Assembly: GCA_038087875.1 (NCBI GenBank)
Contig: JAXLNO010000220.1
Coordinates: 1-64,000, forward strand
DNA from: Malacoraja senta
Taxonomy: Eukaryota
Reading direction: 5' to 3'
Length of the DNA stretch: 64,000 nt
Part shown: in pieces, positions 25,260-39,466 of the stretch
Layout: each line of letters begins with the position of its first letter
Position numbering within the stretch: position 1 is the first letter of the stretch
The notes under the pieces: model-generated
Database searches by the model: none
Told to the model about the DNA's origin: nothing
The model's input: the letters and a program-made list of their open reading frames with translations, nothing else
Program-made: the position numbers and the translations under genes

Positions 25260-25944
25260 CATGGGATTACAGCAACTTGCTTCAAGGGTTAAATTCAGCT
25301 CCTGCTTTCACCAGCGGTAAAGGTGAAGAGTACATGAGAACAGGGTCACATGCTGCACAAATATTTACACGAAGCCTGCTCGAGCAGGCACGCAGACGCA
25401 AAGAAAATGACCATCTACACATGAGAAGAACGCAAAAGGGGAGGAAAATTATGTAATCATTCAGCTTAAAACAAACATGCAAACCAGCAGAGAGATTTTG
25501 TTTCCAAATGTTACCCATGGGGATGTCCTGTGCTAGTTGATACATGGCAATGCAACTGCTAAAGAGAATAACAACAAACATATGGTTTTAATCTGAATTA
25601 ATTGAGATGCTCTATTCGCTGCCAGTCGCAGCAACAATACATTTGTTCCTGGTTCTGTACATTTATCAGTTATCATGCATTCCCTACATACAAAGATTTT
25701 AGCCTTTAACCTAGTTTCAATGAGGCAAGTGCAGGCTCTGTGCTCAACTGATAGCTGGGGAAATTCCTTATCCAAGCTACAGTCCTGGGCTCCCCATCAC
25801 TCCGCCAAATTTACCCACAAGCAAATGGTACGGAAGTGCAGCCGCTGATATTCCGACTGGGCTCCTTTGGCCACTGTCTAAGGGTCCACTTACACTGCAT
25901 TTTAACCCATCTTATCTATTGCATCTTCAAGGAACACAAGCTTT

Positions 25945-26306
25945 CAGCTTAGAGATACAGCACGGAAACAAGCCCTTCAGCCCACCATGTCCGTGCCGAC
26001 CATCACACTAATGTTGATGCAAACACTAACACTAAAATGCTGACCTGTTCACACTAATTTTACGTGCTCCCACTTTCTTATCCTCTCCCGACACACTAGG
26101 GGCAATTTATGTACCTACAAACCTACGTACAAATTAACTTACAAAGCCTCACATCTTTGGGACTTTTTGGAGGAAAGTGGAGCACCTGGGGGAAACCCTC
26201 GCAGTCACAGGGTGAACATGCAAACTCCACACAGACAGCACCCGAGGTCAGGATTGAACCCGGGTCTCTGGCACTGTGATGCACCAGCTGTGCCACAGTG
26301 CCACCC
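25945..26306 (-). mobile_element. Older HE1/V-SINE
   Basis: Diverged family match. Confidence 0.75.
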
Positions 26307-26555
26307 TGTTATGCATTAGCACGTATATTCAAAATGCAAATCTTCTTTCTGAAATCCATGTTGGTTATTCCTAATTAGTTTATGCTCATCAAAATATTTG
26401 GTATTAAATTAAAGACTGCAGAAATGTCCCTAAACAATCTCTAACCAGGTTGACATAGTCTCACCTTCATCATACAATTATCATCCAGTTATGTAGCACA
26501 CATCAACTCTCAGAACAAACTCCAACCATAAGAACCCAGTATTGATGAGATACCG

Positions 26556-26758
26556 ATTCTAGCGTGTACAAGCCGAGTCTATCCAGTCTTTCTTCATATG
26601 AAAGTCCTGCCATCCCAGGAATCAGTCTGGTGAACCTTCTCTGTACTCCCTCTATGGCAGGAATGTCTTTCCTCAGATTAGGAGACCAAAACTGTACGCA
26701 ATACTCCAGGTGTGGTCTCACCAAGACCCTGTACAACTGCAGTAGAACCTCCCTGCTC
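26556..26758 (-). mobile_element. CR1 internal fragment
   Basis: [18 protein letters not shown]. Confidence 0.85.
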
Positions 26759-26941
26759 ACCTATTCCTGTTCTCCAGAGATGCTGCCTGAGTTACTCCAG
26801 TGTTTTGTGTCTACCTTTGGTGTAAACCAGCATCTGCAGTTCCTTTGTACACAAACCGCATTCAGTGTCAGGATAAATCTTTCCTTTGGCCAGCATCCAA
26901 CATCTTACATATACGGACCTGTGCCAACCAGCTCTGTACCT

Positions 26942-27143
26942 CGTGGAAGCAAGGAACTGCAGATGCTGGTTTACACAAAGTGCTGAAATAACTCAGCTAG
27001 TCAGACTGCAGCCCTGGAGTACATGGATAGGTGACATTTCGGGTCAGAAGTCTGAGGAAGGGTCCCGAGGAAACGCCACCTATCCATGTTCCCCTGAGAT
27101 GCTGCCTGGCCCGCTGAGTCACTCCAGTACTTTGTGTCCTTTC
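26942..27143. mobile_element. Foldback hammerhead-family mini-element (degenerate core)
   Basis: Inverted arms; TSD ctgtacct (26934-26941, 27144-27151). Confidence 0.7.
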
Positions 27144-27264
27144 CTGTACCTAAGTATCTGACTGTGACAGACCACTGTCCACTGGTACTGTCCCACATTT
27201 GCACAGTGACAGGTCTATGCTAATGTTCTGTAACTCAGCATCTTTCACTGACCACTGTCCACTG

Positions 27265-27570
27265 TTTTAGTTTAGTTTAGAGATACAGCGCTGAAACAGG
27301 CGCTTCGGCGCACCGAGTCCTCTCCAACCAGCGATCCCCGTACATTAACACTGGGGACAATTCACGTTTATACCAAGCCCATTAACCTACAAACCTGTAC
27401 GTCTTTGGAGAGTGGGAGGAAACCGAAGACCTTAGAGAAAACCCACGCGGCCATGGGAGAACATGCAAACTCCGTACAGACTGCTCCCAGAGTCAGGATC
27501 CAACCTGGGTCTCTGGCACTGTAAGTGCTGAAAGGCAGCAACTCCACCGCTCCGCCACCATGCCGCCCAC
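27265..27570 (-). mobile_element. HE1/V-SINE
   Basis: Family match. Confidence 0.85.
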
Positions 27571-27599
27571 TGGTAAAGTACATTCGTACAGTGCCAGGT

Positions 27600-28202
27600 C
27601 TATGCCAGTTGTATAGGGCTCTGGTGAGACCACATCTGGAGTATTGTGTACAGTTTTGGTCTCCTAATTTGAGGAAGGACATCCTTGTGATTGAGGCAGT
27701 GCAGCGTAGGTTCATGAGATTGATCCCTGGGATGGCGGGACTGTCATATGAGGAAAGATTGAAAAGACTAGGCTTGTATTCACTGGAGTTTAGAAGGATG
27801 AGGGGGGATCTTATAGAAACATATACAATTATAAAAGGACTGGGCAAGCTAGATGCAGGAAAAATGTTCCCAATGTTGGGCGAGTCCAGAACCAGGGGCC
27901 ACAGTCTTAGAATAAAGGGGAGGTCATTTAAGACTGAGGTGAGAAAACCCTTTTTCACCCAGAGAGTTGTGAATTTATGGAATTCCCTGCCACAGAGGGC
28001 AGTGGAGGCCAAGTCACTGGATGTATTTAAGAGAGAGTTAGATAGAGCTCTAGGGGGCTAGTGGAGTCAAGGGATATGGGGAGAAGGCAGGCACGGGTTA
28101 TTGATAGGGGACGATCAGCCATGATCACAATGAATGGCGGTGCTGGCTCGAAGGGCCGAATGGCCTCCTCCTGCACCTATGTTTCTATGTTTCTATGTTT
28201 CT
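27600..28202 (+). mobile_element. CR1 LINE 3' fragment (sister subfamily)
   Basis: CR1 C-terminal ORF to 28061; (ctatgttt)n tail. Confidence 0.9.
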
Positions 28203-29987
28203 GTACCCCAGCATCTTAATGACAGACCATTAAGTGCCCATCAGTTCTGAGTTGCAGTATCTTACATGTACAGATGTGTGCAAACCAGCCCGTACCTCAA
28301 CACCTTACAGTGACAGTCTAGGGCCCTCTGGGGTAGTTCCACAGTTGTACTGTGACAGGCCAGTGCCCACATATGTTGTACCCGTGGCATAATGAAAGAC
28401 TTGTGTCCAGTACCATACTTGATGTACAATGACGGACTAGTCATGCCAGCCCAATACCCATGTTACACAATGACAGACCAGTGTCTATTAATTTTGGATC
28501 CCAATGTGATAAGTTCATAAGTGATAGGAGCAGAATTAGGCCATTCGGCCCATCCAGTGCCATTAAATCATCGCTGATCTATCTTTCCCTGTCAACCCCA
28601 TTCTCCTGCCTTCGCCCCATAACCCCCGACCTCCATACTAATCAATAATCTTATCTATCTCTGTCTTAAAAATATCCATTGACGTCCTCCTCAGCCTTCC
28701 GTGGCAATGAATTCCACAGATTCACCACCTTCTGACTAAAGAAATTCCTCCTCATCACCTTCCTTAAGGAACGTCCTTATATTCTGAGGCTATGACCTCT
28801 GGTCCTAGACTCTCCCACTAGTGCAAACATCCTCTCCACATCTACTATCCAAGCCTTTCACTATTTGATAATTGATCATTGATCTGGACACACCTCACCA
28901 GTACGGTTCCTGTACTGTGACAGGCCTGTGCTCCCAGATCTGTAACCCAAATTTCTGTTAATTGCCATGCACACAAGCTGCCGGGTTATCTTCAATACAA
29001 ACATAACTATACTTAAATTACGAGCTATATTGACAACACCTTCTGGAAAAACTCTGAAATCAAAGAATATGTCACAGAATTAATTATAAGCTTTCCGTTT
29101 ATCTGATCGCACATTAACCAAAAAAGACCTAGGCTGCCACAACAGAATTCCTCTCCACCCCTCAAGTTTGTTGGATTTAGTCCATTCAAGGTAGATTGAA
29201 TTGCAGATGACACTGAAACAGGAGGCTTTGCAGACAGTGAAGGTTGCCAAAAATTACAGCAGGATCTTGATCTGCTGGGTACGTGGGCCAAGGGACAACC
29301 AACTGCACAAGGTGTTGCATTAAGGTAAGTTAAAACCAGGGAAGGGCTCTCACGGTGTACGGTGTGGCCCTTGGGAGTGTTGTAGAACAGAAGGAGTACA
29401 AGTACATACTTCTCTGAAAACAGCGACTCATGTAGACAGGGTGGTGACAATGGCGTTTGGCATGATGACCTTCATCAGTTGGGCCATCGAGTACAGAAAT
29501 TGGGCACTATGCTGCAGTTGTACAAGACCTTGTCTGAGGTAGCGCTTGCAGTATTCTGTACAGATTTGGTTACCCTGCTATAGCTGAAAAGAATACAAAG
29601 AAGATTTACAGGAATGTTGCTAGGATTCAAAGGCCTGAGTTATAAAGAGTTTGGGCAAGCAAGGACCTTGAGTTACTGTATAGAAATGTATAGAAACATG
29701 AGTGTCATAGATACGATAAATGCACAGAGTCCTTACACCTGCAGAGATTTGGAAATTAAGAAAGTTTCAAAGGTTTCAAAGGTTTTTTATTGTCACGTGT
29801 ACCAATTAAGGTGCAGTGATATGCGAATGACCATACAGCCACACGAGAAAAAAGCAACAAGACACACAACTACATAAAAGTTAACATAAACATCCACCAC
29901 AGTGAATTTCCCACATTCCTCACTGTGATGGAAGGCAAAAAAAGTTCAATCTTCTTTCCTCTTGAACTAGGCGATCATAGGTTTATG

Positions 29988-30286
29988 GTCAAGTCAAGTC
30001 AAGTCACATTTACTTATGTAGCACATTTAAAAACAACTCTCGTTGGCCAAAGTGCTTTACATTTGTTATAAGAATAGCACAAACAAAACAAACTACATAC
30101 ATATATACATGTAGCCATCACTCAGAGGACGTCAGGAAAGGCTTGGGAGTATAGATACGTTTTTAGTCTTGACTTAAAAGAGTTGATGGAGGGGGCAGTT
30201 CTGATGGGAAAGGGGATGCTGTTCCACAGTCTAGGGGCTGCAACCACAAAGGCGCGGTCGCCCCTGAGCTTATGCCTAGACCGTGG
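29988..30286 (-). mobile_element. L2 LINE 3' fragment nested in an old CR1
   Basis: Highly similar to 13817-14130. Confidence 0.85.
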
Positions 30287-30827
30287 GAAAGAATTAAGAG
30301 AACTGAGGGGTAAGCTTTTCACACTGAGGGTGATGCATATTTGGAACGAGCTGTCAGAAGTAATAGTTGATGCAGGTTTAAAAGACATTTGGACATGTGC
30401 ACGAATAGGAAAGGTTGAGCGGGAAAGGCAAATGGAACTATCTTCAATGAGCAACTTGGTTAGCATGGACGAGTTGATCCAAAGAGCCTGTTTCCGTGCA
30501 GTGTTATACTGTGAGTATGGCTCAAAGAGCCAGAACTCATTTATTTTTATTAGAGCTTTGATCAAGTGAACAGATTAGGTTCAGCGACAGTCGTATGCTT
30601 GTTCTGCGTCAAAGAGACAGAAAATAGAGCAAAAACTGGGAATTAATATGTCCTATATTGCAGCTGTCTACTTCAAGCAAGAAACAGAACTACAAACACT
30701 AATCAAGTCAAGTGTTTTGTCATATGACTCAGATAGAAGAATGGAATTCTTATTTGCAGTAAGATATATAATATCATACATACATATAGATACGTACACA
30801 TATATATATATATATATATATTCCACC

Positions 30828-31200
30828 AGGTGGCGCCCGCAATGGCTGTCTCACCAACAGCCTGTCTCGTCCTTTCCTTCTCTGTTGTTTCTTAGTATGT
30901 GTTAAACATATGTTTTAGTGTTCTTTAGCTTGTTTTATGTGGGGGGTGGGGTTGGGGAAAACTTGTTTTAATCTCTTTTTTAATTTTGAATGCCCCGACT
31001 GCAGGAGAATAAAGAGGAAGAAGTTTAGACTTTTTTGCCTTCCATCACAGTGGGGAATGTAGGGAATCCGCTGGGGTGGATGTTTATGTTAACTTTCATG
31101 TAGTTGTGTGTCTTGTTGCTTTTTTTTAGTGTGGCTGTATGGTAATTCGAGTTTCACTGTACCTTAATTGATACATGTGACAATAAACTGACCTTTGAAC
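30828..31200 (+). mobile_element. Short version of the 2241-3087 retroposon
   Basis: Shared 5' ggtggcgcc.gcaatggctg and 3' ccttccatcacagt..gacaataaa. Confidence 0.6.
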
Positions 31201-31232
31201 ACACACACACACATATATATATACACACACAC

Positions 31233-31265
<33 letters not shown>

Positions 31266-31292
31266 TATATATATATACACACACACACACAC

Positions 31293-31383
<91 letters not shown>

Positions 31384-31392
31384 CACACACAC

Positions 31393-31473
<81 letters not shown>

Positions 31474-31503
31474 TACACACACACACATATATATATATAC
31501 ACA

Positions 31504-31582
<79 letters not shown>

Positions 31583-31590
31583 GCACACAT
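31200..31590. repeat. Compound (CA)n/(TA)n microsatellite
   Basis: Direct reading. Confidence 0.98.
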
Positions 31591-32811
31591 AAAAGACAAA
31601 GAAAAATAACAGTGCAATAATAGTCTATGCAGATCAGAGCCTATTTGAGGGTGTATCAGCAATAGCATAAGAACATAGGCCTGGTCTTTCTTGTGGCAAG
31701 AAAATCTCTTGCTCCAATAAACCTTCTGCAATCCATATCCACGACCACACATTTCACTGTACCAATTAGTACATGTGACAAATTAATGTATCTTGTATCC
31801 CTCCATTCCCTGCAAGTCCATGTGCTAATCTGCCTCCTCAATCAAAAGGATCCCCCTTGCTTGGCAAGCCACTTTACTTATTTGGCATCATTCTTGCAAC
31901 ATCTCCAAAAGGTCTCAATTCCTTCACTTCATGCTCTATGTTTTTAAAGGTAAGAAACAGAAGCACTGAAAAACATGTATTTACCATTTCAGGCAGTACT
32001 TATTTCAGAGTTCAGATGCCGATGAACAAATACCTACTTCCCGTTTGCAACGTTCCCCAGCTCCCACTTCGTCAGCAGCTAAATCTCGCACAATTTATTT
32101 CTAATCGATATACGCCATTAGCAACAGTTCAATTTGGTGTGAAGTGAATTAAGATGGCCCATAAATGGCTGTTAGCAGCACTTTTACATCAGAGCCAGAA
32201 GGCCACGAGTTCAAAGCCCGCTTCAGACTTGCAGATTCAGCCTTCGGAGAGGAAAGGCAGAGATGAATAATGAACCCGCTGTCAATGCAATATTAAACAG
32301 AATCGACTCACAGGAACAGAATGGCAAAAGAAGATGCAAAATAATTTGAGAAAATCACTTCCAGCCTATTTGCAACGAAGGCACAGCAGTGTTAGAAACT
32401 CTTCAATCACTAACAGTCGTGCTACTCAAACTGATTTTTTTTGGCACAAGTGATCAAATGAACAACAACCTGTGAGGAGCTTTCCGATCTGGCACTGGGT
32501 CTGCGCCAACACGCCAGCCCACAGCCTCGCAGCTTTTCCTGAGCTAGTAAAAGGCAGTGATCGCCACTGCATGGAAAACAGGTTTGATGTGGGGAGGTTA
32601 ACAGGGATGTGACGGAACCAACTGGCTAACAGCTGGGATCAGGATTAGAGTTTTACACAGGAATGTGAAATGCTGAATAAGCACTTGCCCGAAAACAAAA
32701 AAAAAATGCAAAGATCTTATCAACTGTCTAATCGCTGATCAATTCTGCAGAAAAAATACTCACAGAAATTACTCTGGAGCCGAACTTAAAGATAAACTTC
32801 TTTTTACAACA

Positions 32812-33312
32812 GAAACATAGAAACATAGTAAATAGGTGCAGGAGTAGGCCATTCGGCCCTTCGAGCCTGCACCGCCATTCAATATGATCATGGCTGATCA
32901 TCCAACTCAGTATCCTGTACCTGCCTTCTCTCCATACCCCCCGATCCCTTTAGCCACAAGGGCCACATCTAACTCCCTCTTAAATATAGCCAATGAACTG
33001 GCCTCAACTACATTCTGTGGCAGAGAATTCCAGAGATTCACCACTCTCTGAAATATGCAATGTATTCAGTACTTATATCTAGCAAGAGCACAGGTGGTCA
33101 ATCTGTGGAATTCTTTGCCACAGAGGGCTGTGGAGGCCACATCAATAGCATTTTTAAGGCAGAGATAGATAGATTTGATTAGTATGGGTGCCAGGGGTTA
33201 TGGGGAGAAGGTAGGAGAATGAGGTTAGGAGGGAGAGATAGATCAGCCATGATTGAATGGCGGAGTAGACTTGATGGGCCAAATGGCCTAATTCTGCTCC
33301 GACCACTTATGA
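32812..33312. mobile_element. Two opposed CR1 3' fragments
   Basis: 32812-33050 minus, 33090-33312 plus. Confidence 0.8.
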
Positions 33313-33764
33313 CCAGTTAGAAAGATCTATATTGACTTGATGCATCAACAGCTCTCCATATCCTTTATTCTACTGTCAGCTTGCTGGGATCATGCTTGAC
33401 CCCATGCCAGCTCTGCAGACACAAGGAGTCAAGGATCCTAATGATAATTAAGTGATGCTGGGAGAAAATGTCACAGTTGGTTATCCATGCTAATCCTCCA
33501 GATTTGGAAAACAATCCAAAACTCGGGAATATTGACAAAGCCCAACTGGAGCAAGAAGGTGTCAGATTTGAATTCCACAAGGGGTGATTGTGTCCAGCAG
33601 TTGTCTGGTACGTTCAGTGTTACGCGGCAGAGTGCTATTCATTATAACGCTCCTGGACCTGGGGTCTGAATACTCACAGCTATGAACCCACTAAACCTTA
33701 AATAGACATGTGTGCAGGCTGTGTACGGCTGTGCCAGAGACCTGGCACAAACACATTTGCACAT

Positions 33765-34126
33765 CGGTGGAGTTGCTGCCTTACAGTGCCAGAGACCTGG
33801 ATTCGATCCTGGCTATGGGTGCTGTCTGCACTGAGTTTGCACATTCTCCCTGTGACTGCTCCGTATCCTCCCCCCCCCCCCCCCCCCCCCCTCCCCGAAT
33901 GGCCTACAAACCCTTGTGCAGGTTTGTAGGTTAATCAATTTCTGTAAATTGTCCCTAGTGTGCAGGATAGCATTTTAAACCATTCTAAATAGGCAAAAGG
34001 TGACACAAGTAACTGCAAGTGCTGGATCTTGAGTAGAACACAAAGTACAGGTGATTGTGGCCGGTGTGGACTCGGTGGGCCGAAGCGCCCTTTTCCGCGC
34101 TGTATCCGTAAAGTAAACTAAACTAA
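33765..34126 (+). mobile_element. Rearranged HE1/V-SINE
   Basis: Head at 33765, tail at 34050-34126, poly-C inside. Confidence 0.7.
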
Positions 34127-34400
34127 CCAGTCTCCCCTGGCAATCCCACACCAATGAAATGGTTAAGGCTCAGTGTGGATTAAGCCACCAAGGGATCATG
34201 AAAAGGCCGACTGTCTGGGCTGAAGCAATGGAAGCTGCTGCTTTTGAACCTCTTTGGTTCGCTGCACAGCTCTCTCCAGCCCCAACATTACTCGATGATG
34301 CCCAGCTTAGCACATTGCTTAGAATAGAATACAGGAAATAGAGCCCAGGAACAGGTCCTTTGGCCCAAGTTGTCTGTGCCGAACATGATGCCAAGACTAA

Positions 34401-34626
34401 AGGCCCTGTCCCACTTACGCGTCCTTGGCACGCATATTACGCAACCTCGTCGTCGCGTTGAGGCGCACGGGCATCGTGTGGCCGCACGGGGCCGGTCCCA
34501 CTGAGAAGCGCGGAGGGGTATGGAGTTGTGCGCGGTATCGCGCGGCGCTCCGGGATTTTTTACTGAACGAAATCTTCGCGCGCCACCGGCCTGTCACGTA
34601 ACTGACGGACAAAGTGGGACAGGCCC
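34401..34626 (-). mobile_element. Harbinger-type MITE related to 3904-4419
   Basis: taa|aggccctgtcccacttacgcg..agtgggacaggccc; inverted homology to 4210-4419. Confidence 0.75.
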
Positions 34627-35287
34627 AAGACCCTGGCGCGATGCAACGTCTCACCTCCAACAGCAGCAGAAGCAGGCAAACGATCGTCGAGCTCGGCCTG
34701 GGGTTTCACTCAGTGACTTGTGAATTTATGGAATTCCCTGCCACAGAGGGCAGTGGAGGCCAAGTCACTGGATGGATTTAAGAGAGAGTTAGATAGAGCT
34801 CTAGGAGCTAGTGGAGTCAAGGGATATGGGGAGAAGGCAGGCACGGGTTATTGATAGGGGATGATCAGCCATGATCACAATGAATGGCGGTGCTGGCTCG
34901 AAGGGCCGAATGGCCTCCTCCTGCACCTATTTTCTATGTTTCTATGTTTCTAAGAAGATAAAGTCCAATCAAAGATTGTCCGAGGGTCACCAATGAGGTA
35001 GATAGTAGTTCAGGACTGCTCTCTAGGTGTGGTAGGATGATTCAGTTGCCTGATAACAGCTGGGAAGAAACTGTATTCCCTGCATATCCATGTGCGTATC
35101 CAACAGTCTCTTAAATGTCACCATCATATCTGCCTCCACCACCTCCATGGCTGTGTGTTCCAGGAGCTCACCACCCTCTATGTTAAAAAACTTGCCCCCG
35201 CACATCACCTTTTAACATTTACAGTACCGATGCCTCAGCAGAACCAACACCAGAGCTCCACAGAGGCACACATGGCACATTGCCTTG

Positions 35288-36020
35288 CTGTCCCGTTTAT
35301 ATCAACGGGTCGATGGTTGAAAGGGTCCAGAGCTTCAAATTCCTGGGCGTGCACATCTCTGAAGATCTTTCCTGGTCCGAGAACACTGATGGAATTATTA
35401 AGAAAGCACATCAGCGCCTCTACTTCCTGAGAAGATTACGGAGAGTCGGTTTGTCAAGGAGGACTCTCTCTAACTTCTACAGGTGCACAGTAGAGAGCAT
35501 GCTGACCGGTTGCATCGTGGCTTGGTTCGGCAACTTGAGCGCCCTGGAGAGGAAAAGACTACAAAAAGTAGTAAACACTGCCCAGTCCATCATCAGCTCT
35601 GACCTCCCTTCCATCGAGGGGATCTATCACAGTCGCTGCCTCAAAAAGGCTGGCAGTATCATCAAGGACCCACACCATCCTGGCCACACACTCATCTCCC
35701 TGCTACCTTCAGGTAGAAGGTACAGGAGCCTGAAAACTGCAACGTCCAGGTTCAGGAATAGCTACTTCCCCACAGCCATCAGGCTATTAAACTTGGCTCG
35801 GACAAAACTCTGAACATTAATAGCCCATTATCTGTTATTTTCACTTGATCAGTTTATTTATTCATGTGTGCATATATTTATATAATGGTATATGGACACA
35901 CTGATCTGTTTTGTAGTCAATGCCTACTATGTTCTGTTGTGCTGAAGCAAAGCAAGAATTTCATTTTCCTATCAGGGATACATGACAATAAACTCACTTG
36001 AACTTGAACTTGACCTTGAA
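35288..36020 (+). mobile_element. Rex1/Babar LINE 3' fragment
   Basis: VERVQSFKFLGVHISEDLSW..KKAHQRLYFLRRL..FYRCTVES; (ttgaac)n tail. Confidence 0.92.
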
Positions 36021-36290
36021 CATACACCGCACCAAACCGTTTCAATGCTGCAATAGTACCCATACTGAAAAGGTGAGGCTTCAAATCAGATTTCTGGGCA
36101 TAGCAGTGTTGTCAGTTACACGTCTCATCGCTACAATATAAAATGTAGCGATGACCTCTTTTAACACTGATTCCATTAGAATTCTCCTGCCAGGAAACAC
36201 ACACTGACTGTTAGGAATCAGTACATTGCAAACACAGATTAATCTGTATCACATGTGGAATCTTTATTAGTAACCATGATTGGTTTTATT

Positions 36291-36426
36291 TGTGTAGGAA
36301 GGAACTGCAGATGCTGGTTTAAACCGAAGATAGACACAACAAGCTGGAGTAACTCAGCGGGACAGGCGGCATCTTTGGAGAGAAGGAATGGGGTCACGTT
36401 TCTGGGGTCGAGACCCTTCTTCAGAC
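36291..36426 (-). mobile_element. Hammerhead mini-element with 11-bp TSD
   Basis: TSD ttggttttatt (36280-36290, 36427-36437); core slightly mutated. Confidence 0.8.
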
Positions 36427-36601
36427 TTGGTTTTATTGGAAACTTTATTAAAGCCATTTTATAATATCAATTGTAAGGGGGTAATTATGTCGCAAAGTCA
36501 CATGGATCATGTCCATTTTGAAAAGACTTTTCGCCCGTCTTTCTCACTCCTCTCACCACCTTGCCTTTGAGGTTCTCTCAGCAGAACAAAGGACAATTTA
36601 A

Positions 36602-36924
36602 AGGGCCTGTCCCACGGGCATGCGACTCCATGCGGCAAGCGCGACCTAACCGGAAGCGGGGGCTGCGCGGAGGTCGAGTGAGTGATGCGGGAAGTTCGCG
36701 CGTGACATATGGCGTCAAGACGCTGCGCACGCCCGTCGAGGCGGTGCGTATGGCGACGAGGCGGCTGCGGGCCGGCAGGCCGTTGCCACGCTGAAATTTT
36801 GAAGTGTCAATTTTTCGGAGCCCCGCGCGATGTCGGGACCAGCTCCGCACAACTCCATACGGCTCAAGCGACCACGTTAGGTCGTGCTTGCCGCATGGAG
36901 TCGCATGCCCGTGGGACAGGCCCT
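36602..36924. mobile_element. Harbinger-type MITE inserted in a SINE tail
   Basis: ~50-bp TIR agggcctgtcccacgggcatgcgactccatgcggcaagc; TTA flanks. Confidence 0.85.
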
Positions 36925-37132
36925 TTACACTTGCAGTGTACCAAGTATACAAACCCAAGCCAATTAACCTACAAACCTGTACGTCTTTGGAGTGTGGGAA
37001 GAAACTGAAGATCTCGGAGAAAACCCACGCAGTCACGAGGAGAACGTACAAACTCCGTACAGACAGCACCCGTAGTCGGGATCAAACCCCACGTCTCCGG
37101 CGATGCAAGCGCTGTAAGGCAGCAACTCCACC
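36925..37132 (-). mobile_element. HE1/V-SINE
   Basis: Family match. Confidence 0.85.
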
Positions 37133-38101
37133 GGGCAGCAGTGAAGTCTATTTCATCCTTTGTGCGTGTGTTGACTCTTTGAAAATGTTGTCTAATTATT
37201 CCCACAGCCGTATTCTCTCAGTGTTCCTCTGTGATATATGAACCTTTCGTGCAACAGATAATAAGTATTGTGCGATTAACCATGTAATTCTCACAATCCT
37301 AGCTTTCCCACCACCAAGCCAGATCTGGTTGGAATGGCCAGTTTGAAGTTTCTGTGCTCCGGAATAAAAATTGATATTATTTCATGCTATGCTTTTGACC
37401 AACATCAACAGTCAGATTCTACGATAAAACAAAATTAACCATTGAGAATTTTCAAAGTATAACCAGCCAGGTGATGATTATTAACCATGTTGCCTGTAAG
37501 ACAACTTCAGCTTTTTGTTTTGAAGAAAGCTTATGTTGATTGACTTCAGAACAGGGGGATTTATTGGGTGTTCTATTTCACATATTGATTTTGATTTTTT
37601 CCCCCGATGTGTATGGTGGGGAAAAAATGTTTAATTCAAGTAGCAGGAGATGGGAACAGGACCAAGGCTTCTCAAGCTTTTTTGATTAGTACAATTTGTT
37701 GGACATCTCTGACATATGGAAGCGCGATCGCAGAAATTTTCAGTGTACTACAGTCAGTCAATAAGACCAGGAATATGGGTAGAAGAGGCTGGCCATTCAG
37801 CCCCTTGAGACTGTTCCCTTGTTCTAACGGATCCTTGGTGGTCTGTTCTTCAACTCTATATCATCTGTGACATTATTCTCACACCCAAACCAAACAGGTA
37901 CTGATTTCAGAAACAATCAAATGTTCTGTGCCCTTTCAAAACAGTCAGCAACTGTTATCTTATTGACCTTAAATATGTTATCAATTCTTGATTAGCACGG
38001 GTGTTATGGGGAGAAGGCAGGAGAATGGGGTTAGAAGGGAAAGATAGATCAGCCATGATTGAATGGCGGAGTAGACTTGATGGGCCAAATGGCCTAATTC
38101 T

Positions 38102-38190
38102 CTGAAGAAGAGTCTCGACCCGAAACGCCACCAGCTTTTTTGTCTACCCTCGATTTTTCCAGCATCTGCAGTTCTTTCTTAAACAATAAA
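38102..38190 (+). mobile_element. Hammerhead mini-element inserted in a CR1 3' tail
   Basis: Begins at ctgaagaag; TSD taattct (38095-38101, 38191-38197). Confidence 0.7.
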
Positions 38191-39466
38191 TAATTCTGCT
38201 CCCTATCACGTATAATCTTATGAATATAGAGAAGTAATGGATTTCTAATGCTCAACTGAGTTTAAATATTTAAATCCCAACCGAGAGACAAAATAACTTG
38301 TTCTTTGTCAAGAACTAAGAATGAGTTGACAGAGATCAAGAGGTCTTAGTGTGAGGAGTTTTGATTGTGCAATAGGTCAATAGATGTGTAGTTGAACACA
38401 AAGAGCCTTTGACCATGATCTTTGATGGAAGAGCAGAGAAAAGCCCAAAGTTAGCGTTAGCTTTAATGTTGTGGAAAGTGGCAGCGGTCCAGGGTATTCC
38501 AGCTGTCAAGCACCACAATCTTTTGTCTATTACATGCACATCCCCCGACCAAACCAGGATCTGAAGATGGGTCTCGACCCGAAGCGTCACCCAATTCCTT
38601 CACTCCAGACATGCCGAGTTACCACAGTCTACCCCCAACCAGACCAATCTGGTTCAAAAATGAATTTGCCTTTCAAACACATCCATGATGTATTTGCATC
38701 ACACTAATTCTGGTTGCTGCATTGTCATTCTTCACCATCCAAATATGCAAAAAGATGCCAGTAATCACATTACAGTAATTAATCCTCCGTACATAAAGAG
38801 CTTGTGTTTGGAACCCGTGAACTTATCAGGCAGCAAAGTAATAGTGAAAAACAATGAAGCTTCCTAATATATTCCAATATCAAAAAATACATAAACAATG
38901 AATTTAAAGCAATTTGAAATGTGTAACGAAGCAACACCTATGAGAATATATTCAGATAAATAAGATCCAGAACAACGTTTATTTGTATTCTAACTTGCAA
39001 CAAATACCATTCCTCCATCATCCATGTGCAGGCTGACTTTAATTGGCAATAATGCCATTTTAAATTCAAATTCCCATGTGCAAATAACTAATTTGCTTTG
39101 CAAACCTCGAGATAAGTCACACCGTGCTGCACAGTGAACACGCTATAGGAGGATTCTTTTGTCCTCGGAGGGAGCATTGCCAGTATTTACCAGGATAAAC
39201 ATTGAATCTCACTGGGCACGTTGCAAGGAGAGATTTCACAATCTGGGGTTTCTTTCGAGTCACAGAGTCACACAGCGCAAAAAAAGGCCCCTTGGGCCAA
39301 CTTGCTGAAGCCAGCCAAGATGCCCCATCTACGCTGGTCCCACCTGCCCACGTTTGGTCCATAACCCTCCAAACTCCAAATGTGGAAGAGTTCATTTTCA
39401 AGATATTAAGAAGAACTAATAAAGTATTTACCAGTATACACACAAGCAGCATGATGCAAGCACAAA

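Noticed and set aside
31126..31752. Long ORFs rich in CV/YI/TH
   Set aside because: Translation of the (CA)/(TA) microsatellite
33502..33607. Plus-strand exon-like segment (cctccAG..GTacgt)
   Set aside because: Isolated, unrecognised peptide with no partner exons; unsupported without expression data
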